A stretch of DNA of 29,913 nucleotides, taken from positions 1 to 29,913 of IMG/VR virus record IMGVR_UViG_3300020470_000140; one strand, 5' to 3'. The notes beneath the pieces are model-generated. The model worked only from the letters and a program-made list of their open reading frames with translations. It searched no databases and was not told the origin of the DNA. Of this stretch, positions 1-6,960 are shown in pieces (positions within the stretch are counted from its first letter, which is position 1; each line of letters begins with the position of its first letter). A program made the translations under genes and the position numbers. This DNA is from a virus. Taxonomy: Duplodnaviria; Caudoviricetes.

Positions 1-42
1 TTCATTGTCTATTTCCTTTACTATATCCTTTAAAAAACTCAC
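1..42 (-). CDS. uvsX: 5' end of probable UvsX (RecA-like recombinase), runs off the window
   Basis: GTG at 42 overlaps the gp43 stop (GTGA) and reads MSFLKDIVKEIDNE. uvsX normally follows gp43 in cyanomyoviruses. Only 14 codons are visible. Confidence 0.6.
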   Translation of the reverse strand, partial: MSFLKDIVKEIDNE

Positions 43-2528
43 GACCAAAGTGCCTCCAATGTATTCTGTTTCTCTGCTTTCCATCCTATCGTGTCCAAGA
101 TGGCTTTGAGTGGTGCTAGGAAACTCTTCTCAAATTGTAAATCATAATCGATTGATTCGTCAAGCCCAAATTCTTTTGGAAGAGTCTGAAAGAATGAGAT
201 TATATTCTCATTAATCTTATTAGGTGTCCGAAGATGTATGTATTTGATCTTCTCACCCTCTTGAATGATGGGATACTTATGCTGTAACTTCCTCTTCTTA
301 ATGTAGAAGTTATATAATAGAGCACCCCTAACATGCATAGGACATCCCTTACCATATATGGTAGCAGTTGATGTATTCTTTGCTATATTATTACAACCAC
401 GAGGGAATGCTACCTCCTCTGGTGACATCTTCTCAAACTTCTCTCTGAAATCTTTAATATATTTCTGAGTATCAGTCTCACTACCAGTCATTATAACATT
501 AAGTGCTTCCTTAATGGCAGTACGACATGGCATGGGTGTAGAAGACTTCACTGCTTCTATACCCATCATCTTTAGCTTAGGTTTCTCATACTGGACACCC
601 TCACTATTCCATACGTTTAAAATATATCTCTTCTTAGCAGTCCAGATGCCCTTGTTAGCAATGTTCTCTCGCTTCATGACCATCTTCTGCTCATAAGCAT
701 TTACATAGGCTGCCATTTCTTCATAAGCACTCGCAATATAGCGATCAAGTTCCACATCACACACCTTTTTAAGGAAACTAAGTGTACTCTGATCGTCCTT
801 CTCTCCACTGGGGAATACAGCTTGTACCAGAGGACCAAGATTAAGGTAAATAGAATCAGTGTCACTAGCAATAACATAATCAGTCTCCTCTGTTTTTAAT
901 ACTTTGTTTAAATATTTGTTTACTTTATTTTCTATCCATCGGATTGCGACTTGTCCTGATAGAGTGATTGCTTCAGCGTTCGCAAGATTGTAATACCTGA
1001 AGTATTGGTTACCGATAGCACCGTAGGCAGAATTAAGTTGGATCTTTCTGGCCATCTGGACGTTATTAAACTTAGCAATGTCTCGCTTGAGTTGTTCGGT
1101 TGGTTTCTTTTCATACTCCTGCTTCGCTTTGAGCATTTTCTTTTTATATATTGTCCTCTCATCATAGATGCGTTGCATCATTTGAGGGAGGAAACCGTGG
1201 ATATCTCTGCGGTATTGTGCTCCATTGGCACACACTGCAAAATCTCCATCGATTCGTACTTTTCTATTGAGCAGTCCTTCAACTGTTGCGGTAGCGTGTC
1301 TTCTATCACAGAGGGTTTCGGGGCTGATGTTGTACTGCATGATGAGGTGAGGGTACAGACTGTTAAGGTCAAAACTGACCACCCAATCATAGATGCCAGG
1401 GACGGGCTCCTTGACGTATGCTCCAGCGTATTTGTCATTCTTTTGTGTCTTTGTTTTAGGTGGTACTACCACGTTGATCTTACTTAGGTCATTGTATATC
1501 AATGTATCCCAGACTCTCACCTGTGAATACACATCTGTGAAATTAACCTTAGCATCATATGCCATAGCAACACACAACTCAACGAGTTTCATCTTGTCTT
1601 CCAGACGGTCAACAAGATCAACGTCATGTATGTTGTATTCTACAAAGCGATCCCAGTCATTAGTATAGAAGTCTTTAAAGTTTTCATACTGTGAGTGATC
1701 TAACTTAGCATCATCCAATTCTACCATAGCTATATGGTCTAGTCTATATGACTCTTGGTTGGTGTAAGTAAACTTCTTATAGAGATCAAGATAGTCAAGG
1801 ATGTTAACACCAGTAATATCATAAGCAATATTCTTACGTCCCTGAATGATAATCTCCCTGTCATATACCCTCTTCCAAGGAGATAGAGACTTCTTCCACT
1901 TCTCACCCAGTATCCTCTCTACCCTACGGCATATGTATGGTATGTCATATAGGTTACAGTTCCATCCTGTGATAATGTCAGGAGTATTCTGCACCCACCA
2001 GTTAACAAAGTCCTCAAGCATCTCTGCTTCAGTCCAGAAGACACGATACTCATGCTCCGATTGATACTCACGTGTCCCCCACGTGACGATCTTCTTACTA
2101 TTAAAATCCTTAATGGTAATGCATAGCATCTCCTCAGAGCATGCTTCTACATCAGGGAAACCATTCTCACATGCTACCTCAATGTCAATCGTATAGATCT
2201 TCATCTTGGACATGTCATAATCTATGTCAGAAGGAAACTTCTGAGCAACATGTTGATAAAGGAATCTCTCATACCCATGCACTTCTAAACCAGCAGCATT
2301 CTCATACTGTCTAAGGAAGTCACGTGCCTCTCTAGCACCGTCAAACTGCTTGGGGTATGCTTTCCTACCATCCAAGGTCTTATACTTGGAAGGTTTGCTC
2401 TGAGCATCAGGCACCAGATACATGACTGGCTTTGACTTCTCTCTATACTGCACAGGTTCACCACCCTCATACCCACGGTAGAGAATGTCATCACCCAATA
2501 AACAAAGGTTTGTATAGAAACTACTCAC
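39..2528 (-). CDS. gp43: Family B DNA polymerase (T4 gp43-like)
   Basis: Exonuclease motifs DIEV, GWNCNLYDIPY and YNIHDV; polymerase motifs SFDLNSLYP, KIQLNSAYG, SDTDS and KKRY; 829 aa with no intein-sized insertion. Confidence 0.98.
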   Translation of the reverse strand: MSSFYTNLCLLGDDILYRGYEGGEPVQYREKSKPVMYLVPDAQSKPSKYKTLDGRKAYPKQFDGAREARDFLRQYENAAGLEVHGYERFLYQHVAQKFPSDIDYDMSKMKIYTIDIEVACENGFPDVEACSEEMLCITIKDFNSKKIVTWGTREYQSEHEYRVFWTEAEMLEDFVNWWVQNTPDIITGWNCNLYDIPYICRRVERILGEKWKKSLSPWKRVYDREIIIQGRKNIAYDITGVNILDYLDLYKKFTYTNQESYRLDHIAMVELDDAKLDHSQYENFKDFYTNDWDRFVEYNIHDVDLVDRLEDKMKLVELCVAMAYDAKVNFTDVYSQVRVWDTLIYNDLSKINVVVPPKTKTQKNDKYAGAYVKEPVPGIYDWVVSFDLNSLYPHLIMQYNISPETLCDRRHATATVEGLLNRKVRIDGDFAVCANGAQYRRDIHGFLPQMMQRIYDERTIYKKKMLKAKQEYEKKPTEQLKRDIAKFNNVQMARKIQLNSAYGAIGNQYFRYYNLANAEAITLSGQVAIRWIENKVNKYLNKVLKTEETDYVIASDTDSIYLNLGPLVQAVFPSGEKDDQSTLSFLKKVCDVELDRYIASAYEEMAAYVNAYEQKMVMKRENIANKGIWTAKKRYILNVWNSEGVQYEKPKLKMMGIEAVKSSTPMPCRTAIKEALNVIMTGSETDTQKYIKDFREKFEKMSPEEVAFPRGCNNIAKNTSTATIYGKGCPMHVRGALLYNFYIKKRKLQHKYPIIQEGEKIKYIHLRTPNKINENIISFFQTLPKEFGLDESIDYDLQFEKSFLAPLKAILDTIGWKAEKQNTLEALWS

Positions 2529-2766
2529 TGATTGCTTCTTCGTACAATTTGGTTACCGTTAGGGATGGATCCAGTATAGTCATAACATCATCATATGTCA
2601 AGAACAAATCCCTCTGACTAGTGTGTAAAGGATACTCCTGAAGGGTGACCTCTGGAGTAACACTGTAACAATTCTCAATCAATAGACTGGGTTCCTCATC
2701 CATCTCCGTTATCTTGCCCAACAAATAGGTTGTCGGGTGGTGTTTGAGTATAATCAACTTTAGCAT
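2521..2766 (-). CDS. Small hypothetical protein upstream of gp43
   Basis: 81 aa ORF overlapping the gp43 start; this position typically holds a conserved hypothetical gene in cyanomyoviruses. Confidence 0.7.
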   Translation of the reverse strand: MLKLIILKHHPTTYLLGKITEMDEEPSLLIENCYSVTPEVTLQEYPLHTSQRDLFLTYDDVMTILDPSLTVTKLYEEAISE

Positions 2767-3106
2767 CGTCTTTCTTTAATGATTTGTATTTCTCTATTGC
2801 TTGCTTCCATCCTTCAATCACATTGGAATGAGGATCAGCAATTGCCACTACTGAATACAGTGTAACAATATTTCGGCCTGTTGACAATGGTGACCAAGGA
2901 AAAAATTCTAATTGAATGTTACCTAACTCATCCATTGGTATCTCAACCTCTTCATTAAACATATCCTCAGTTGATCTAAGGATCTGCACAACGAAAGCAT
3001 CAATAAACTCGTAAGCAATGGCAGACTTACCTTCAGTAGGTCTGATCTCTTTAACGTCAGCTACTACGTCCTCTCCGTTTTGCATTCTTACGACTTTTAC
3101 GCTCAT
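2696..3106 (-). CDS. Conserved cyanophage hypothetical protein (possible Sm-like beta fold)
   Basis: MSVKVVRMQNGEDVVADVKE N-terminus and FFPWSPLS motif; GGAGAG SD-like sequence upstream. Confidence 0.75.
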   Translation of the reverse strand: MSVKVVRMQNGEDVVADVKEIRPTEGKSAIAYEFIDAFVVQILRSTEDMFNEEVEIPMDELGNIQLEFFPWSPLSTGRNIVTLYSVVAIADPHSNVIEGWKQAIEKYKSLKKDDAKVDYTQTPPDNLFVGQDNGDG

Positions 3107-3299
3107 AGTCTCTCTCCATTAAGTTATCGAATGTGTGCTTTACCATGTCAACGAATGCACGTCGAGCAGTGATATTCTTTTCTTCAGCGAGGATGTGTAC
3201 CATCTGGTTGAACTCATCAGTATACTCTGGTGGGATGTCAACTGTCAAGGTGTCCTTCTTCTCGCTCTGAGCTGGACACAGGTTTACATACATGTTCAT
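3057..3299 (-). CDS. Hypothetical protein with basic C-terminus
   Basis: GGAG SD 6 nt before the ATG at 3299, which is preferred over the TTG at 3311. Confidence 0.65.
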   Translation of the reverse strand: MNMYVNLCPAQSEKKDTLTVDIPPEYTDEFNQMVHILAEEKNITARRAFVDMVKHTFDNLMERDYERKSRKNAKRRGRSS

Positions 3300-3310
3300 G
3301 TTAATCTCCA

Positions 3311-3337
3311 AACAAAAAGAGACCCTTGGGGTCTCTT
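3311..3337 (-). terminator. Rho-independent terminator
   Basis: Minus strand reads AAGAGACCC-CAA-GGGTCTCTT-TTTGTTT (stem-loop plus U tract) downstream of hsp20 and the 61-aa ORF. Confidence 0.8.
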
Positions 3338-3356
3338 CTATTGTGTATTATATATG

Positions 3357-3542
3357 TCACCAATCATCATCACCATTTGTTTGTGACTCTACCCACTCAG
3401 CATTGTTTCGACAGTATCCGTGGACATCTATCTGTTGATGTAAGTGGGCAGATGTGTGTAGACCTTCTATTAGAGCGATCATTCCCAATAACATTATTGG
3501 CATCAGGAATAGGGGGTGCCCTAGTGCGTCTCCAGTCTTCAT
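3357..3542 (-). CDS. Small single-TM hypothetical protein with His-rich segment
   Basis: Hydrophobic LFLMPIMLLGMIALI followed by HTSAHLHQQIDVH; AGGA SD. Confidence 0.65.
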   Translation of the reverse strand: MKTGDALGHPLFLMPIMLLGMIALIEGLHTSAHLHQQIDVHGYCRNNAEWVESQTNGDDDW

Positions 3543-3564
3543 AGATCCTAGACATCTTTAATAT

Positions 3565-4002
3565 CTAGGCAGTTAGATAGTCCTTCCTTGCGTGATGTTC
3601 TGGTACCACCTTACCTAGCTTGACAATGAGGAGTCCGTCCTCAAAGGTAACGTCTGTGACGTGGGTGTCTTCTGCGATTGTCCACGACCTTGAGAAACTT
3701 CTTTTAGCCAGTCCTCTGTGTATAAACGTCGTGGTGTCCTCATCCGACTCAGGTTTGGTTCCCTCGACGTGAAGTTTTCCATACTCGGTGTAGACATTAA
3801 CCTCTTCCTTTTTAAATCCTGCTAGTGCGACCTCTAACCTAGACTCGTGATTGTTTATATGAACAATATTAAAGGGTGGATAATTCTGAGTCTCAATTGC
3901 ATGAAAGTTCTCGAAGTAATCATCCAACCCTAACGAGTTAGTAAAAATCTTATCCATCAGCTGTGGTAAATCAGCTGCACGGTATCTCTGTATCTTAGAC
4001 AT
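3565..4002 (-). CDS. hsp20: Small heat shock protein Hsp20 (IbpA-like)
   Basis: NYPPFNI, LEVALAGF, FIHRGLAKRSF and FEDGLL alpha-crystallin motifs. A strong GGAGGAG SD places the start at ATG 4002 (145 aa), not 4086. Confidence 0.95.
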   Translation of the reverse strand: MSKIQRYRAADLPQLMDKIFTNSLGLDDYFENFHAIETQNYPPFNIVHINNHESRLEVALAGFKKEEVNVYTEYGKLHVEGTKPESDEDTTTFIHRGLAKRSFSRSWTIAEDTHVTDVTFEDGLLIVKLGKVVPEHHARKDYLTA

Positions 4003-4007
4003 AATAG

Positions 4008-4056
4008 CTCCTCCTTGAAGCGAGTTTGTGTTTTGTGGTCCCCGAAGGCAACCACA
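4008..4056 (-). promoter_or_regulatory. Structured hsp20 5' UTR: UUCG hairpin plus ROSE-like SD-sequestering hairpin
   Basis: TGTGGT-TG-CC-TTCG-GG-G-ACCACA hairpin (4034-4056), then CTC(G)CTT-CAAG-GAGGAG (4008-4024) containing a UCGCU motif that can pair with the SD. Confidence 0.6.
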
Positions 4057-4058
4057 TA

Positions 4059-4066
4059 TATTTATA
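4059..4066 (-). promoter_or_regulatory. T4-type late promoter for hsp20
   Basis: Exact TATAAATA on the minus strand just upstream of the leader hairpin. Confidence 0.75.
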
Positions 4067-4132
4067 GCACATATGTTGAAAACCACATGTAGTGGTATCC
4101 GTCACTAGTACATTCGTTACATGTGTTACTTG

Positions 4133-4139
4133 CTAAATA
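4133..4139 (+). promoter_or_regulatory. Late promoter-like element for the plus-strand cluster
   Basis: CTAAATA 22 nt upstream of ATG 4162, with an AGGA SD in between. Confidence 0.6.
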
Positions 4140-4161
4140 GAAGTACTTCTACTTAGGATAA

Positions 4162-4671
4162 ATGAAAAAAGCGATACTGCTTTTTGGTATGATTTTGATG
4201 AGTGGCACGGCAGCACGTGCTGACCTGACTCATAGACTTAGTAGCTCGACTCAACTCCAAGTAGATGCGGGTTATACTCAAGTTTCTAGAGCAGCGAATA
4301 CATATAGCACCAGTGGATCTGGTGTATCAACAACAGTAACACCTAGTGGTGGTAGTGCTGCTAGTAGTTTAGGTGGCATTACTGCTGTCAGTAACGCAGG
4401 AGTTGCTACTGTTACTCTGCCTGATGCAGCACAGACAACCCAAGGAAATGCATATAGTTATACCCAATCAGTAACTCTAGGTGACGCTATCGTTACTACT
4501 GCTGCTGATGTAGGTGATGTAAATGGTTACTCCAACACAGTATCGACTGCCCCTGGTACCAAAGACACCTTGGCTGGAACCATAACTTCTGCTGGTGCCA
4601 TGACAATAACAGCTGGTGGAGCTGGAACTTCAGCTACTGGTCAATTCGTAACCGAGGTCACCATACGCTAA
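4162..4671 (+). CDS. Secreted Thr/Ser/Gly/Ala-rich hypothetical protein
   Basis: Sec signal peptide MKKAILLFGMILMSGTAARA|D; mature region is rich in small residues and prone to beta strands. Confidence 0.85.
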   Translation: MKKAILLFGMILMSGTAARADLTHRLSSSTQLQVDAGYTQVSRAANTYSTSGSGVSTTVTPSGGSAASSLGGITAVSNAGVATVTLPDAAQTTQGNAYSYTQSVTLGDAIVTTAADVGDVNGYSNTVSTAPGTKDTLAGTITSAGAMTITAGGAGTSATGQFVTEVTIR

Positions 4672-4683
4672 GGGGTATACATA

Positions 4684-5151
4684 ATGAGACGAGTTTTAGT
4701 ACTACTACTACTTAGTTTCGGGGGTACTGCTGCACATGCAGTGCCCGTGGTACCAAATTTCCAACAGGGAAGTATGACTAGCCATACAGAAACTGAATCT
4801 ACGATAACAGAAACTATAAATTCAATTGATTTTAGAACAGGATGGGAATACACAGTGTCAGGGGTAGGGATCTCCCACGACGGAGACGCACTCAATCCAA
4901 ACGTGAATACATCAACAGTAACGGTATCACCCTCGGTGGGATCGGGAGAAGCAGCCATAACTGGTGCCGTAACCTCTTCCTTCGACAACCTAGACTTCGG
5001 GAGTGCAGGAAACTTCACAATAACGACTCCAGGACAGGCATTTCAATTCGTACAGAGTTATCAAGGACCAGGTATGACCAACCAGACCCTGATCCAAAGA
5101 GTAACCACCGTAAAAAGCGTAACAGACACAACAAGTACGTTTACCCAGTAA
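4684..5151 (+). CDS. Secreted hypothetical protein (VPVVPNF N-terminus)
   Basis: Signal peptide MRRVLVLLLLSFGGTAAHA|V; AAGGGG SD; Thr/Ser-rich. Confidence 0.85.
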   Translation: MRRVLVLLLLSFGGTAAHAVPVVPNFQQGSMTSHTETESTITETINSIDFRTGWEYTVSGVGISHDGDALNPNVNTSTVTVSPSVGSGEAAITGAVTSSFDNLDFGSAGNFTITTPGQAFQFVQSYQGPGMTNQTLIQRVTTVKSVTDTTSTFTQ

Positions 5152-6167
5152 TTGCAGCACTTCTCAGTGTGCAAACTTTACCTGCAAGGGCAGAAGGTGT
5201 TGGTGGTGTTAGTGCTACAGCGAACCCTATCGCTAATAGTTCTGGCTCAGTCACCAACCAGGCAATACAAGTTTTACAAGGTCCATACATAACCAACACC
5301 TACGGTGGTGGAGTCCAGTGTCAAGGTAGTACCTTTAACGTCACTCCCTATATTCAGTTTGCTGACAGCAGGAAGCATCCTTGGGAGGACTTTTATAATG
5401 AACCACAATATAATATGACTGACGTGTCTGGTCGTACCACAAAGCAGACTGTTACTGTTAAAAACTATCCTTGGGCAGACTGGTATGACACAAGGACTAA
5501 AGCAGATGGCACCAGATGGTTCCCAGATGGTGAAGATATGCAGATCGAGATGGATGTAGATGGTCCTGATGGTATACCTGATGCTGTATCAAGTGGTAGT
5601 ATGGATCCTACATGGTACAAACCAATAAGGACTGACATGAGAGCAAACCAGTCATTCAATGCTGGTCTATCTGCTACCCTATCAATCCCATTGAATAGAA
5701 AATTAGTTAAGCAATGTCATGAGGCTGCACAAGCACAGATTGCTATGCAGAATCAGTTAGTATCTAACAAACGATTAGACTTTGAATTAGCTCGTCTCAA
5801 AAATTGTGGTGAGCTCAAGAAGGCAGGTATATACTTCCATCCAGCATCACCTTACCATAGTGTATGTGCTGATGTAATAGTAACAGCACCAGGTGGTACT
5901 TTAGTACCTCATGAGCATCAGTTACCTAAACCTAAGTGGGTCAACCCTTCTTCAGAGGCTTCTTCTTCTTCCCAAAATTTATTGGAAGCATCCCCTTCTT
6001 CTCACGGTAACGGTTCGTCCTCTGCTCAGCCAGGTTCGGACGGTGGGGACTCTGACCAAGCATCGTCTTCACCTTCGTCATCACTTTCTTTATCACAGGC
6101 TTCACAACCTTCAGCAAAAGATCTGCTAGGGGTTTGGCAAATAGGGCACTCGCTGTCGCCACAGTAG
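5151..6167 (+). CDS. Secreted or outer-membrane-like hypothetical protein; start uncertain
   Basis: Protein-like sequence begins at about KYVYPVIAALLSVQTLPARA|EGVGG. It has 4 Cys, an acidic DVDGPDGIPD loop and a GLSATLSIPL strand followed by a long helix. The ATG at 4842 lies deep inside the upstream gene; 5151 is an in-frame ATT. Confidence 0.7.
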   Translation: MAALLSVQTLPARAEGVGGVSATANPIANSSGSVTNQAIQVLQGPYITNTYGGGVQCQGSTFNVTPYIQFADSRKHPWEDFYNEPQYNMTDVSGRTTKQTVTVKNYPWADWYDTRTKADGTRWFPDGEDMQIEMDVDGPDGIPDAVSSGSMDPTWYKPIRTDMRANQSFNAGLSATLSIPLNRKLVKQCHEAAQAQIAMQNQLVSNKRLDFELARLKNCGELKKAGIYFHPASPYHSVCADVIVTAPGGTLVPHEHQLPKPKWVNPSSEASSSSQNLLEASPSSHGNGSSSAQPGSDGGDSDQASSSPSSSLSLSQASQPSAKDLLGVWQIGHSLSPQ

Positions 6168-6846
6168 CAATCGTTGCAGTAGTTGTTACAACTCCTGGTG
6201 ATGGGAGAAACTGTTCCACCATTGGCACAGGCTCCCAGATAGTCTCACAAATTTTACCGTCAGGTGTTAGTTTATATTCTTTAACTTGCTCATCACCCTT
6301 CTGATTCCTGTCACCTATACGTCTAGCATTAGGTGGAGGACATTCGACCTCCTCTGGAGGTCTTTCTGTTGGAGGTGGTTCAGGTGTGTCTGTACTTAAT
6401 TCTGGTTCATCTATATCTAAACCCTCTTCCTGCTCTTCCTGATCAGGTGTGATGGTCTGCCATGTCAATTCCCTAGCATCATAGTTAGGTGGTTCATAGT
6501 ATGGCATACCTGCATCACACAATACTACGTTACCTTTAGGGTCATCATTGACCAGCATCTTATTTCTTGATCTCTGCTTTACATTCTCCTTGTGTACAGC
6601 AACACAACCAGGCATATCAACGATAGGTGTCCCTGCATGTATCACCACTGGTGGTGACAATACATTGGTGTTGGGTGGTGTCATCATCCAACCACGTATA
6701 TCACTGACATATACTTCGTTTACTTGAGCGACTCTAGGTTGTCTTATAAAAGGTATCTTCGTACGTATCAAAGGGATACCTGTACCATTGACTTGGATAT
6801 TAGGTATACTTGAATTCTGCGTGGAGATATAGGGTATTTCTTCCAT
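5941..6846 (-). CDS. Hypothetical protein with Pro/Glu-rich linker, Cys pairs, hydrophobic segment and basic tail
   Basis: 301 aa; MPGCV...LCD and ECPPP...IC Cys pairs; VVTTTATIATVATASALFA segment; late promoter-like motif upstream. Confidence 0.85.
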   Translation of the reverse strand: MEEIPYISTQNSSIPNIQVNGTGIPLIRTKIPFIRQPRVAQVNEVYVSDIRGWMMTPPNTNVLSPPVVIHAGTPIVDMPGCVAVHKENVKQRSRNKMLVNDDPKGNVVLCDAGMPYYEPPNYDARELTWQTITPDQEEQEEGLDIDEPELSTDTPEPPPTERPPEEVECPPPNARRIGDRNQKGDEQVKEYKLTPDGKICETIWEPVPMVEQFLPSPGVVTTTATIATVATASALFAKPLADLLLKVVKPVIKKVMTKVKTMLGQSPHRPNLAEQRTNRYREKKGMLPINFGKKKKPLKKG

Positions 6847-6858
6847 GCACTATATAGT

Positions 6859-6865
6859 TATTTAA
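6859..6865 (-). promoter_or_regulatory. Late promoter-like element
   Basis: TTAAATA immediately 3' of the tRNA and 12 nt before ATG 6846. Confidence 0.55.
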
Positions 6866-6951
6866 CTGTGAGGGGTGGAGTCGAACCACCAAGTCCCGCC
6901 AGGAACATCAGGGAAACAACCTGACACGTTTACCAGTTTCGTCACCTCACA
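6866..6951 (-). tRNA. Atypical tRNA, anticodon GUU (Asn), long variable arm, CCA not encoded
   Basis: TGTGAGG/CCTCACA acceptor stem plus G73; D arm ACG-AAACTGGTAAA-CGT; anticodon arm TCAGG-TTGTTTC-CCTGA; V arm GTTCC-TGGC-GGGAC; T arm GGTGG-TTCGACT-CCACC; 86 nt. Confidence 0.9.
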
Positions 6952-6960
6952 TTGCAAGCA

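Noticed and set aside
514-2617. Multiple short alternative-frame and antisense ORFs inside gp43 (and similar ones inside other core genes)
   Set aside because: Shadow ORFs fully overlapping well-supported genes, with no motifs or SD
3357-3542. Possible high-light-inducible protein (hli)
   Set aside because: It lacks the ExxNGRxAMxG motif
4003-4086. N-terminal extension of Hsp20 in the ORF track
   Set aside because: It spans the promoter and leader hairpins; the strong SD supports ATG 4002
4108-4120. GTA...TAC resembling an NtcA box
   Set aside because: The spacing is N7, not the GTA-N8-TAC consensus
4842-5100. N-terminal ~90 aa of the 441-aa ORF
   Set aside because: It overlaps the 155-aa gene out of frame and has the Arg/Asn-rich composition of an off-frame read; probably not translated from 4842
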